Assembly (NCBI GenBank): GCA_030704615.1 | Contig: CM060734.1 | Span: 52,948,001-53,012,000 of the forward strand | DNA: 64,000 bases | Direction of reading: 5' to 3' | From: Takakia lepidozioides | Lineage: Eukaryota > Plantae > Bryophyta | Shown here: positions 37,166 through 50,000 of the stretch, piece after piece | Layout: each line of letters starts with the position of its first letter | Numbering within the stretch: the first letter of the stretch is position 1 | The notes under the pieces: generated by a model | Databases searched by the model: none | Told to the model about the DNA's origin: nothing | The model's input: the letters and a program-made list of their open reading frames with translations, nothing else | Position numbers and translations under genes: made by a program

Positions 37166-39381
37166 TGGCCATTCCGGCTATGACAGTTAGAAACACACTT
37201 GTATAGACGTGGCTTGCCACAAAATCTGCAAATAAAATGTTGCATGTAAGTACACTGGTGCCACATTCCAATTCACATGACCCTATTTCCGTGCCTCCTA
37301 ACCTATTTCCGTGGACTCACAATGGTTCTCATGCATTTTTTTTTTCCCGCTCATGCTCATGCCGCTCATGAAATAGCAGCCCCCCCTCGACATAACAGAA
37401 GAAGAAGATCCAGGAGATCAAGAGAAGAGTATGGAAGGAGGACAACGTTGTTGTTGACGATACACTCACGTTTCTCTAATTACCATTTATGCCTCACAAA
37501 GTGAAATCCCTAGCTGGGTCATGGAGAATTTGGAGCCTGGAGCACTCCGCGCAAAAGGCTACCAGAATGTCCTTTCTTGAGTCTCCTGCAGGCTGAGGAG
37601 GCTTCACAACACTTCCAAGGGTCTCGGGCAAGGCGTTGCCAAGGTGGACGCCGGGTTCAGCTCCACGGCCCGGTCCATTAATTGTGCAACGATGTGAGGC
37701 CTCCCGCCCTTCCTCCCAAGAAGAAGGGCATTCGATAAGTCTTCCGATTGCGCAAACAGAAGTTTGCCCCGAGTACGCTGTCGAAAGAAAAGATGAAGAT
37801 GAGGAGGAAACGAGTAGCAACAAAACCGCAACACGAAAGAGATCGAAGGGGACTACTACAGATTTCAAGACATCGTGGCACTGGGGAACCTTCAAATCAT
37901 GAAATGAAATAAACCCCAATTCTTTGGATGGGCAAAATGCCAAGAGTAGTGAATGAGTTGGCCAGCATTGAGCCCTCGTCCTCAGGTGAGATTGAGTTTG
38001 CAGGTGATCGTTTGCCCATGGGTGACGGCCAGAAAGATTTCGCAACTGTCGTTGATTCCCCCTGCATTTCTTGGTTTGAAAGTATTGAAGTGTCCCCTGA
38101 AAAGCTGACCTCAGCCCATGTCCATGTCAGTTCCACTTCCGTCCAACTCCAGCGTTTCCTCTCGCGGGGATGGTAGCGTGCTGCTGAGCGTGTAGGTTGA
38201 CGCAACATTGAAGGCCCTGTCATTTCCTTCCGATAGAAATGGGGGGAGGCGTTGTGTCATGCAGCAGATTGACGGGTCAGGCTATCGACATAGAAAGATC
38301 CTTGAAGGTGGGCTCTTGTTCCCCTGAAGGCGTACATAAATGGCATAGCTCTTGTGCACCATCAGTTAGAAGAAGGTGGTTAAATGGCCTGCACCAGGAA
38401 AAAATAATGCTGCTCTAGCCCTGACAATTGGCACCGCCAGTAACGCTGGGCGTGGAGGGGAGAGAGCCAGAGAGCAGAGAGATCAAAGATCTGCTGAAAA
38501 TCTATGTGTTGCTGGTGTTGCAGGTCAAGCTGTAAGGAGGTTAGATATTTCACGAGCATGAGCGGCATGAGTGGAGTAGTAAGACAATCGGTTTTCATGA
38601 GCAGAAGTACAAATTCTGGAAATAAAAAACATTAAAAAAAAATTTAACGTAATGTGTCAGGAAAAAAAAAAAAAAAAACCCAAAAAAAACCAATATAATA
38701 TTCATTGTTTGAAGTAGAAATTGTAATTTTGAGAGCAGTGCTCATGATATTTCGTCTTCCGCTCATGCGAATTCCGAGCGACATCTGCAAAAATGGCGCC
38801 GAATTTCACGGTAATAGGTTAGGCAAGCGAAGAAATCGGCGATGTATTGCGCGGTAATAGGTGTCTCCGGCCAAAAATGGTGCCGAATTTCGCGGTTATA
38901 GGTCCCAACTTGATTGAAGTGTAAGCCCAAAATTTGGAAATGTGGCGCCGAATTCCGGTACATGGTGCCGAGCATTGCACAAATGTTGGGCAATTCTGGG
39001 CCATGTAACTGGAAATTCGGCGCCATTTTTCCAGACATCGTTCCCATACATGTTGGGACTTAGCCAGTTTTCGGCCCAAAATAGGGAAATTCGGCGCCAT
39101 TTTTCCAGAAATGGCCCCCTCAAGTGCAACTGTTGGAACTCAGTTTTCTGGAAGATTTGCAAATTTTTCCTGCCGCCATCTTTGTATTGATTTTGTTTCG
39201 ACATTGAATTGTCACTAGACGTCAACGGATATCCAGCAGTCCATAGTGTTTAAAAGACATCACTTTAATATTGTCTGTCTCATTCCAGGAGTTTTGGGGT
39301 GCAATTCATTACACTGCAAAACAAAGTCTAATGCAACAAATGCAATTGCAAATATCCATATGGTGGATTCTCTTTGCCCCA

Positions 39382-42300
39382 TCAATGATTTCTGGAATCC
39401 CGGCGGAGGAGTTTGTGCAGCTCGTTCACGTTCAACGCTGGTGCATGAATAAAGTCATCAATAGTCAAGTTCATCCTCAACCTCTTCAGGTAAATGTAAT
39501 ATAGATGCTTGCATGGATAATACTTTGACCCCTTCTTTGCTTCCATCAACAAGAAGTCCGTACAATTGCAAGTCGGCTCCACTCCAATCGTAATTGTGTA
39601 TACGTCGTCGCGTACAGCCGAGCCGGCCATTGCCATCCGATAAACACGCCCAAGGCCGGGTGGGGGTACGTCCATGGAGCTCTGAATAGTGCAAGCCATC
39701 CCAAGAGCATTGGCAATACGAGTCTCATTCAACTTGTTGGGAGGGTGTCGTCTCTTCACTCTTCCGAATCGCATTGTGAGATGTGCAACATTGACCAATC
39801 CGTCTCTACTAGACCGAGCAGTCTGCAATGGCTGGGTCTGAGGAACTGGAAACGACTGGGCCGGGACGTCTGTACGTTGCACCATTCGAAATCCTGCTGC
39901 AGAAAGAGCATCCGCCTCATTCTGAGAGTGGTTGCAACCCGGTGCAACAGGCCAGACGCCCGGAGGCTCCAGCATTCCCTGAATCCCGTACTTGGGCTTG
40001 CCAAATACACAGGTCATTATGTCGTGCCTACAAAACCAAAATGTCTGCGTTGTGGCGTGACAGAATGTGGGAGTCAAAAATCTGCCGCTAAAACAAGGTG
40101 CAGGTACAGCACCGTGTGGGTTCCTCCGAATCATCTTACCACAGCGTGCTCTCGTATCCACTCGGATGGCGCAGCACTTCCCTCGAAATGCCGGCAATGT
40201 CCTTGCAATTCTCCACTGTGACTCCGATACTCTTGTCTCCACAATGGGTATGTTGTATTGCGTTACTACAGATGACTCGTTATGTTCCTCGGGCACGTGC
40301 ATTGTGCTCAAAGGAGATGGCGATCTTGAACATGCAGGACTTGCGGTGCTCAACGAGACCTCCTCGGGCAACATCACGGGACCACAAAGGAGCGTTCGAA
40401 TATTCTTGTCAGCTCGCCATGAATCCTCTTCTCCGCCAGGTGCCTCGTCAAGTCTTCGTCTCACTGGACGGGTGTAAACATCTCCTTCCAAATGTTGGCC
40501 CCTTCAAAGCAATGGCGTGTCCCGAAGGCCCTCTCGCAAGGCTGCCGCCCACTTGCGATGATTCTTCGATCTGGAGGCAGTCCACATCAGCATTTCCTAC
40601 CTGTCCGGTCCCAAGCCCCACTGTTTCCCTTTCAAGAACTCGTTGTACCTGCATTGCTGCATAATTGACCTGACAATGTCCTCCGTTGTGACAGTGAGGA
40701 TGTCCACCAGATGCGCCGCAGAGGAGGCACGCCAGGAAGAATGTACTGATTCGGCCATGTTTGTTGTCGGCATGTCGGTGTCGTAGTCCAGACACATTTC
40801 CTGCACATGCACTTGTTGAGGTTACAAGCAAGTTACAGATAATGAGTAGCATAATATTCAACGGGACGCGAATTCGTCCAACTCACCTCCCGCATATAGT
40901 CGCTGAACTGGAGGAAACGATAATGCCACCATGCTAGCCAACTGACCATTGCTCCCTCGTCTGATTTCTTTACAGCGCCTGACGTTGTCAACCAAGCCCG
41001 TATACATGCAAACTGTGTCTTTGCATCATCCAAGGTGGGAGCACGCTTCCACGCAAGACACATGGAACGGTGCTCCTCTCTGAAATATAGCGCCACGAGC
41101 CGGGTTGTATACTGCGACAAGCTCTACAGAAAATGGAACCCACAAGATCTCTCCTTGCCTTCCATGGGAACATTGGGGTCTTCCCCGTACACCCTTCGGA
41201 TGGCAGCCCAATTTGCTTGTGCGTTGTCCGCCATGAAACCACGGAAATTCGGAGGGGGCAATCCCGCCCTGGCCATCTGTTCGTTTATTCCCTGCCAAAG
41301 AAGCATCTCCGATTGTGTGTCCTCTCCTTTCATCTCACAAATAACAATTGTCATTAGCATCCTGCAGTGGGTGTCGTAGACATGTGCAGCCATTGTCACC
41401 CACTGGTGATTTGTAATTCGCTTGATATGGTCGAACATGACCCAACTGTTTGACAAGTCCCCACTCGTCATCCGGTCGACCAGTTTGACGTCGCTGCCAG
41501 GCCCACACGTGGACATTTTGAATACGAAACAACGATTTGCCTCAGTCCCTTGTCCAGGAAAACCTACTTCCATGAATGTAGTCATATCCACATCGTTGCT
41601 TCACCTCCAGAATGGAGTGCATATCCGAGCCACGCCCAATTTTCTGTTTGCAGGAGACCATGTGGTTTCGGACATTCGGTGAACAGACGTGGGACACTGA
41701 CTCCAGCAATGCCTCCATTTCCTTCTCATCGAGAGGAACTCTATCGGAGCCGTCTTCCGACATAATTCTGGCCAATTCCATCTTATGAGCGGCCTGCAGC
41801 TGTATCTGTTTGGGTTTGGCACCAGGTCTCAACTTAACCTCCTCCTGAACGAGCTGCTCTGCCTCGTGGGCAGCCTCCCGCGAGTTCCCCGTCGCCAATT
41901 TGTGACAATGGGAACCAACGTGTATGCAAGCTCGTGTGAGATCAGGGAAACGATGCAACACATAGAACTGCTTGGCATTACAAACAGACATGCAATGTGG
42001 TGGTTCTTTGCAATGCGCACACTTAAATGTGGAGTTTGGAACCTTCTCCTGAGCTCGAAATGGTTGATGAGTTGTGCCTGTCCAATCCGTCTCATTCCTG
42101 TGACCTCTGGATTTAAAGTGGAAGCAAGTTGGGGAGAAACACCGCAACGCGCCCGCACAAACAACGTAGCGCACCCGCACACCATCGAGCATCTTCATGC
42201 TGGTGGTTTTGGTGACGCACCAAGGATGACCGTCATGTTTCCTATCCATGTCTGTCAACATTCCGGACGCCCTCGAATACTCCGTTCGAGGAGGGAACTC

Positions 42301-44120
42301 AAAGAACATATTACCGTCGACGTCTACGGGAAGGCATGTAACGGATTTAATTGCGAACTTGCTGTAGTCCAGCCCAGCGAGCTCCGAGCGGTGTCCCTCC
42401 ATGTGAAGCCCTCGCAGAATTTTAAGAATGGATCGAACTGCTGTGTTCGTGATGGGAATATGACTCCCTCGTCCGCTGATGTCCATTGAGGACTTGCCTG
42501 ATCTCCAGGATGATCTCGGAACTTCCATGACCTCGTTGGAGTCGGACAAGTTGTGAACAACCCGGTTCTCGCTCGTCTTCATTGATGGGTTCGGCTCTGG
42601 ATTTACTTCGTTGCGGACTTCTCTCTTTGAGGTACCCACTCTCTGATTCGTGGATCGTTTCGTGGAAGGCGCCAGGATAGAAGCATTTGGCGGGCAAATG
42701 AAGTCCCCAACAGCCGTGTATATGACGCTGTCCGATGGTGGAACTCGCCATTCCCTGCCGTCGCCGAAATCATCGTGGAGCACAACAATACTTTTGACTA
42801 CAACTCCATTTGAATCCTTCCTTTCCTCCTCCAAAAATACCGACCCCGGTTTCAGGTGGTATCGAACGCAGAGATATTTCTCCATCACCCGGCAGATCTC
42901 CCCTCTGCACGGAAATGTAGCTCTATGCTCGTGAGGAGGGCAGTACACTATAGCGCCCGGGTTTTCTGCCATGGGAGATGTGCACACAAGACTGCCAGAA
43001 CGGCGTTCGGACAAGCGCCCTGGGAGAAGGGGGGATGCAGCGAGGAAAAGAATGCAGGGCCGATTTTTGCAAGCGACGAAGCCTATTCACGAATCCGGGG
43101 AGCCCACTCTCCCGAAAATCCACTGTCAGAGAGTTAATGAACCTTGTCTGCAGAATGCGGCCCTTGGCCTTTGCGCAATAACTGCCAACGGTATTTAGTC
43201 AGAAGGTATATGACCTGTGCAGATGCGTTGCACAAACCAATCATTACGTCGTCTGACAAGAAGCGTGGGGGGGTGAGCGTGCAAGCACCTTCCCCATGGA
43301 CAGAGGGAACTGACAGAGGTGGCATTCCAGTGGGTTTGATTACAAGATTGAGTGCCAGACCCTGGCTGCCAAACGTCAACATACAACAAAATGCAACATT
43401 GCGCAAAAAGTGGAACTTTGGTTCAAGGGAGACATTTTTATTAATAATGAACTGTGACAAGTATGCATGCCCTCACAAGCTGAGGGAAGCCAAAAGTATG
43501 CATGCCATCCATGCTCAGGTAAGTTGGGAATTTTTTCCCGTGTTGCACTATCCTCACCAAGAAGCTGGAACCTCCATTGGCCTCTCAACAAGCTCATGAC
43601 TGACAAGGTGTCGGTAGGTGAAGAATATGGATGCAGCCCGTTCTGCTTTGGTGTAGTGGACAACGGTGTCATGTCCTCTGATATATGCACCATCGTAAAT
43701 CGAGATCTTTGTTGTGGAGAGACTGTGTCCATATGACTCATCCTCGTAGCTTATGAGAATGTCCCCATACACTGTTTGCGATGGAATCCTCTTTGGCATG
43801 TACATACACCCGATGCAATCCTCGTAGGCCCACAGGCAGCACCTCCAATGATGTAGGAAGGTCGTGCGGCTTTTGGGGATGTTCCATGTAGGTGGATACT
43901 GCATATCAACGATTCGCACGCACCAAAGCCGCGCAAGCCCGTCCCTGCGAGGCTGATCATGGAAGCCAGGAAGGTACTCAAGAGCGGACAGGTGCACCCT
44001 CCTCTGCTGAGAGTGGTCTATCCAATCTTGCATGTATATGAAAATATCCCCTGACTTGGGCGAGAAGTCCCACGGGGTGCGATGCTTGTTTGGGCAGTTG
44101 CTGGGATCCCGGCACGCCAT
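39382..44120 (-). pseudogene. Most complete transposase copy: Cys/His-rich GCM-like region, MULE DDE core, SWIM finger; one frameshift (about 41560) and premature stops (41124, 40597, about 40505)
   Basis: YVVCAGALRCFSPTC...CAHCKEPPHCMSVCNAKQFYV...CIHVGSHCH; WVMFDH...FMADNA...SCGFHF; TCNCTDF...CKHL. The 5' exon structure (43100-44120) is uncertain. Confidence 0.85.
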
Positions 44121-44369
44121 CGAGGACTACTGAAAGGGCTGCCAGGAAGCAGAGAGGGTGCGCAGGGAAGGGCGAGTGTGGGGAAGATGAGGAGCTTGGA
44201 GCGAGGAAGTGTTGTTGCTGTCTCGGTTTGAAACGCGTGGGTCACGAGCGAAGGTCGGGCAAGTGGCAAAGGAAAAGAGCACCATTTAATATAACCGTAC
44301 CCAGGAATGAGGCGCAGAATTTACTTCGACAGGACGTCCAATCGGAGGGTGACGGCCCCACGTGCCTGC

Positions 44370-45445
44370 CACAGAAGATCCCCCGGATGGAAAAACGGCG
44401 CCGAATTTGCATCCGAGGCCAGTCGGACGAAGTCGTCTCGGGGGTGAGTCCATCACCTGGCCGACAGAGAACATCCCCCGGATGGAAAAACGGCGCCGAA
44501 TTTGCATCCGAGGGTGCACGGATGAAGTCGTCTCGGGGGGAGAGGCCGACACCTGGCCGACAGAGAACATCCTCCGGATAGAAAAACGGCGGCGAATTTC
44601 CATCCGAGGGCGCACGGATGAAGTCGTCTCGGGGGGAGAGGCCGACACCTGGCCGACAAAGAACTTCCCCCGGATGGAAAAACGGCGCCGAATTTCCATC
44701 CGAGGCCCGTTGGATGAAGTCGTCTCAGGGGGAGAGGCCGACACCTGGCCGACAGAGAACATCCCCCGGATGGAAAAACGGCGCCGAATTTCCATCCGAG
44801 GCCGCACCGATGAAGTCGTCTCGGGGGGAGAGGCCGATACCTGGCCGACAGAGAACATCCCCCGGATGGAAAAACGGCGCCGAATTTCCATCCGAGGCCG
44901 CACCGATGAAGTCGTCTCGGGGGGAGAGGCCGACACCTGGCCGACAGAGAACATCCCCCGGATGGAAAAACGGCGCCGAATTTCCATCCGAGGCCGAAGT
45001 CGTCTCGGGGGGAGAGGCCGACACCTGGCCGACAGAGAACTTCCCCCGGATGGAAAAACGGCGCCGAATTTCCATCCGAGGCCCGTTGGATGAAGTTGTC
45101 GCGGGGGGAGAGGCCGACACCTGGCCGAGAGAGAACATCCCCTGGATGGAAAAACGGTGCCGAATTACCATCCGAGGCCGCACCGATGAAGTCGTCTCGG
45201 GGGGAGTGGCCGACAGAGAACATCCCCCGGATGGAAAAACGGCGCCGAATTTCCATCCAAGGCCGCACCGATGAAGTCGTCTCGGGGGGAGAGGCCGACA
45301 CCTGGCCGACAGAGAACATCCCCCGGATGGAAAAACGGCGCGGAATTTCCATCCGAGGGCGCACGGATGAAGTCGCCTCGGGGGGAGAGGCCGACAGAGA
45401 ACATCCCCCGGATGGAAAAACGGCGCCGAATTTCCATCCGCAGAC
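44370..45445. repeat. 96-bp tandem array (about 12 units) with 32-bp hairpin CGGATGGAAAAACGGCGCCGAATTTCCATCCG
   Basis: Cores at 44397, 44492, 44588, 44684, 44780, 44876, 44972, 45060, 45156, 45241, 45337 and 45422. Confidence 0.96.
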
Positions 45446-46304
45446 GCCCGTGTTAGAGGACTGTAGGGGACTTAGACACTTATACGGGATCTGTAGGGTA
45501 CCCTTAATTTTTGCACAGACTGAGACCAACAGGAGCCTTAGGGGTGACAGCAGCGCACTGTAGAGGGGGGTTACACAGTCAACACAGCCCGTCACAGTCG
45601 TCACAGCCCACACAGCCAACACAGCCCGTCACAGTCATCACAGCCCACACAGCCAACACAGCCCGTCACAGCCCACACAGCCCACACAGCCCACACAGTC
45701 ATCACAACAGACACAGCCCGTCACAGTCGTCACAGCAGACACAGCCCACACAGCCAGTCACAGCCCGACACAGCCAAACACAGCCAGTCACCGCTTGACA
45801 CAGCTGTCACGACTGTGGGGAACAACACCTGTGAAGGGAACATGTTAGTTCACAGACGACGGTTAGAGAGGGAAACGGTTAGAACCGCGGATAGGAGGAT
45901 AAAGGGAGAAACGGGGAATGAAGGGGATCATCATCATTAGTCGGAGGAGGACTTCGGAGTCAGGCAGGAGCGGAGATCGGAGGCAAGAGATGGAGAGCAC
46001 GATGAAGGAGAAAAGAGGATTAGTAGATGCTTGTTATATGCAAAGCTGTAGTGATATTGGAGAGCAGATTAGAGACATAATGGCTTCGGCCTGATACCTG
46101 ATAAATCATAATCTGATACATATACGATACAATCACACTGTGTAGAGAGATTTGAGAGAAGCTGTGGATTGAATGGATGAGTGAAGGAAACCGATAGATT
46201 GATGAAGCAAACTGATACTTAATTATCAATGCCAAAGGTAGCTAAGATGAATGCGGAAAGGGAAACGCATAGGAAACACCCCCATGATACACTAGCTGTA
46301 GGTC

Positions 46305-47000
46305 ATGACTGATTGTTCTGCGCGGGCTGAGTACTTAGAGATTTCCAACTCTTCTATCTTGGAGTTTCCGCCTCGGATAGCGAAGGGATGGGTGAGTAAA
46401 AGCCGCGCGACATTTGGCGACCATACTGGGGAACTGGGACATGAACAACCAGATGTGACAGGCATCTGGTGGGATCATGGTGGTTGGACCATTAAAGAAT
46501 TTGAAGTGAATCAAATTCCCTGTGGAACGAGGGAAGAAAGATTGTCCAAACAATTCTTTCAAAGGTTCTTGGAATTGCCAGACGGATGTAAAGAAAATAT
46601 TCTTAAACGAGTGCATGATGCTGATCCAGAATGGGGTCTGGAGAAAGGAGTGATAAAGATTTATCAGGTAGCTTGTAGAGGAAGAGCACGTTGGTTACCA
46701 ACATTAGTTTATGTGATAGCGTTGCTATCCATTAAACGAGTAGAGTTTGAAGGCTGGGAAGAAAGAAAGGTGAATGTTTATACTCATATGCATGAAGAGC
46801 TTGTACTGGTAAAGAATTGGATTCCAAAGGATATTTTGTGGATCAAACTCACACCAAGAACAGCTTTTCAGACTTGTTTGCCATATGGTTATATGGTAAC
46901 GGAGACTTCAAGTATAGCCAAGGGTGCATTGAAGCTTGAAAGAAACCCAGGCATATACGAGAGATATTACAGAAGAGAGTTTTGGTTATTGCCACATTAA
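46305..47000 (+). CDS. Extra ORF upstream of gag (231 codons), unknown function
   Basis: Stop-free frame from the end of the 5' LTR across the PBS to just before the gag ATG. No recognisable motif. Confidence 0.4.
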   Translation: MTDCSARAEYLEISNSSILEFPPRIAKGWVSKSRATFGDHTGELGHEQPDVTGIWWDHGGWTIKEFEVNQIPCGTREERLSKQFFQRFLELPDGCKENILKRVHDADPEWGLEKGVIKIYQVACRGRARWLPTLVYVIALLSIKRVEFEGWEERKVNVYTHMHEELVLVKNWIPKDILWIKLTPRTAFQTCLPYGYMVTETSSIAKGALKLERNPGIYERYYRREFWLLPH

Positions 47001-47021
47001 AAGAAATGAAAGACATGGGAC

Positions 47022-50000
47022 ATGAGTGATGAAAGAGAAGCTAGACGACAGAGATATTCATCAAAAAGAGAAAGCTATCTGAAAGCTAATTATCCATATC
47101 TTTGGGAGAGAGGAATAGACATAGGGGAATCATCTGGACCTCTCACACCATCAAGATCAAAAAGTGCATCACCTATACCGGAAGAACTAGAGTTGGATGC
47201 CACTCCTTCTGTTTCTTTGCAAGAAAGATTAACGGAATTGGTACAGGAAGAAGATCAATCACGAGGTGAAAGATCTGAGGTACATCCTTGGATAAAAGAC
47301 TTGACAGAAATCTTTGATAAGAGTTGGCATGGAACACCAAAAGCAGGAACTCCAGTTTCTGAAGCAGAAGATGAAGAAGGAGAAGAGGATGTGGCAGAGC
47401 CAACGGAGAGTTCAGACTCTCCAACACCATTACAGTTGAGTTACATGAGTGAAGAAGAAACCCAAGGGCAGAACTTGGAGGATGAAAACAGAGAGAAGAA
47501 ATTAGAAGAGGAAGAATATGAAGAAGTAGACCCAACAGCTGAGGTTGAGACTACAACCAGGACATCCCAACCCGTTGGACCTGGATCAAGTGGAGCACTT
47601 GGATCACAGGCCAACGAAGGTGGAAGAACCACCACAAAAACAATAGGTCCAGAAGGACCAGCACCAGCAAGGGTGCCAGCACCTGTCAGTGGGCAAAAGA
47701 TAGGGCCACAGATGGCGTTACAACCAACACGGGCAAAACCACCCTTTCCAATATATTCAGGAAAAGGGGATCCCGATGTACACATTAGCCAATTTGAGCA
47801 CATGTGTATAGTGAACAATGAGAATGGCGATGATGCCAAGATGAGACTGTTTCCTTGTTCACTTATCAAGAAAGCAAGTGAATGGTATGCAAGATTCCCT
47901 GATAATCATTTCCTAACCTGGAATGGCTTGAATACAGCATTTCGAAATAGGTTCAGGACAAGTAAAACTGAGGATGAGGTGTATGGAAGTTTACAACAGC
48001 TGAAGCAGAAGAAGCATGAAACTGTTGAAGAGTATATGGAGAAGATGGAATTGATGATGAAAAAGCTGGCTGCAGTACCAGCGCCTGGTTTACAGAAGAC
48101 TTGGTTTGTGAGTGGATTAAGACCAGAGTTGCAAAAGAAAGTGGATATGTTACCCCATAATACAATGGAGGAGGCATTTGAAACTGCGAACAGAATTGAG
48201 CAATTGGGAATGCTCAGGAGAGAGAAAAAAAAAGATGAGGACTCTGAGGATGAGTCAGATGAAGAAGAAGAGCAAGAACTAAAAAGAAAGAGTAAGAGAA
48301 AGGAGAAGTTGAAGAGGGATAACTATGAAAAAAAATTGGAGGAAATCTTGAAGAAGTATGCCACAGAGGCTGTAACACATTGGAGGAAGGGTGTATGGTG
48401 TGCAAAGTGCCAGAATGAAGGCCATACCACCACAGAATGCCACATGAAGGAGAAACACTGTACTATCTGTAAAATGGATAACCATTCTACTGAGAATTGT
48501 TACTACAACAGAAGGACAGCTGCAAGAGAACCTAGGCAAGTAAGGGTGCATCAGGTGCAGCCCCAGCCAAGAAGAAATAATGATCAGGACCACTATGGTA
48601 GGTCTGGTGGTTATAACAATGGCATGGAAGGGAGAGGTAATTCAAGAGGGAATTACCAAGGAAATTCCAGAGGCAACTATCAGGGTAATCCAAGGGGGAA
48701 TTACCAGCCCGGGAATCAGGATTATAGAAATAATCCAAGAACAGACCAAGGGCGAGGACCCAATGGTGAAGAGCTATGTTACTATTGTAATCAGCCAGGA
48801 CATCGCAAGGCAGCATGTTCATTCTGGATAAGACACCAGAATGAGATGAGAGCTCCTGTGAATGAGGGACCAGTGGTGGCAGCTCACATGGTTAGGCCAT
48901 GTGTTGTACCAGAAGTAAGTACAATGATAGTAACAAGAAGTAAAGCCAAACTAATACCTCCAGTAGAAGAGGAAGAAGATGAGAATGGAAGTGGCAATGA
49001 TATGCCTGAAGATGAAGAGACTTGGAAAGATGAGAAGGAACTGCACAAGGAAGTGGCAGATACTATAAGGGAAATGCAAAGGAGTACTGATATTCTTGTG
49101 GCAGATTCCTCTGATTCGGATGGAGAAAAAGAAGGGAGTGAGGAAGAAAGGAAAAAAGAAGATGCAGACATGCAAAGTAATGAAGAGACTTTGGCTGCAG
49201 TAATATGTCAGACCAAAGCAGAAATTATCATTGGACAGCTATTAGCTGTGGCACCTTATTGTAGGCACAGGCTGTATCAGGCAATCAATCGAATTGCCCA
49301 AGAGACAGGAAACACAGACAACAGCAAGGTGACCAGTTATAATGTGAAGCCGGAAGGGCGAGAACCAGTCATGGACTTTGATGATTCTATGCCAGTAATC
49401 CAATTGAGAATTGGAAGCACAGAACTAACTGATGTACTGATAGATGGTGGTTCTGGAGTAAATATCATGACATACCAATTAAGGAAGAAGCTTGGTCTAA
49501 GTAACATGAAACCAGCCCCATTTACAGTAACAATGGCAGATCAAAGAAGTGTACAGCCATTGGGATTAATAAGAGGAGTTAAGATACAGATACAGAAAAT
49601 GATCTTTATGATCACAGTAACTGTATTAAAAATGGATGAAGTCATGGAGGCTTACTCCTTATTATTGGGACGTCCGTGGCTGAAACAGGCCAGGGTATTC
49701 CATGACTGGAATTCTCAGTTACTAACTGTGCATAATGGGATGCACGAGATACAAATTACCACAAAGAAATCTAGTAGATTACCTGCTACAAGAAGACCTC
49801 GAGGAGTCAGAGAGTATGACTGGAGAGGAGGACTGGATGAGGAGCAGGAAGCTACCCTATTTGCTGCACACCCAGAATGGGAGCAGGTTGCGGAGATGCG
49901 GCTGGAAAGCCTAAGTTGTTTAAGAGGTATCTGCTGTGGTGTAGTGTCGGCAACACCAATTGAAGAGGAAACCAGCAGTTACCCACCACATTTCTATGAA

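Larger units (their letters stand above)
25507..37384 (+). mobile_element. Mutator-like (MULE) DNA transposon copy B, end to end about 11.9 kb, 8-bp TSD CCTCGACA
   Basis: Left TIR GAGGTTAACTATTTCATGAGC and right TIR (reverse complement) GGGGGCTGCTATTTCATGAGC. TSD at 25499-25506 and 37385-37392. Empty paralogous site at about 17886-17893. Internal MULE/SWIM transposase. Confidence 0.93.

Noticed and set aside
44286-45622. Long ORFs on both strands with 32-aa repeats (MEKRRRISIRG...)
   Set aside because: By-product of a stop-free 96-bp tandem unit. The same applies to ORFs over the 22.5k, 26k and 30k arrays.
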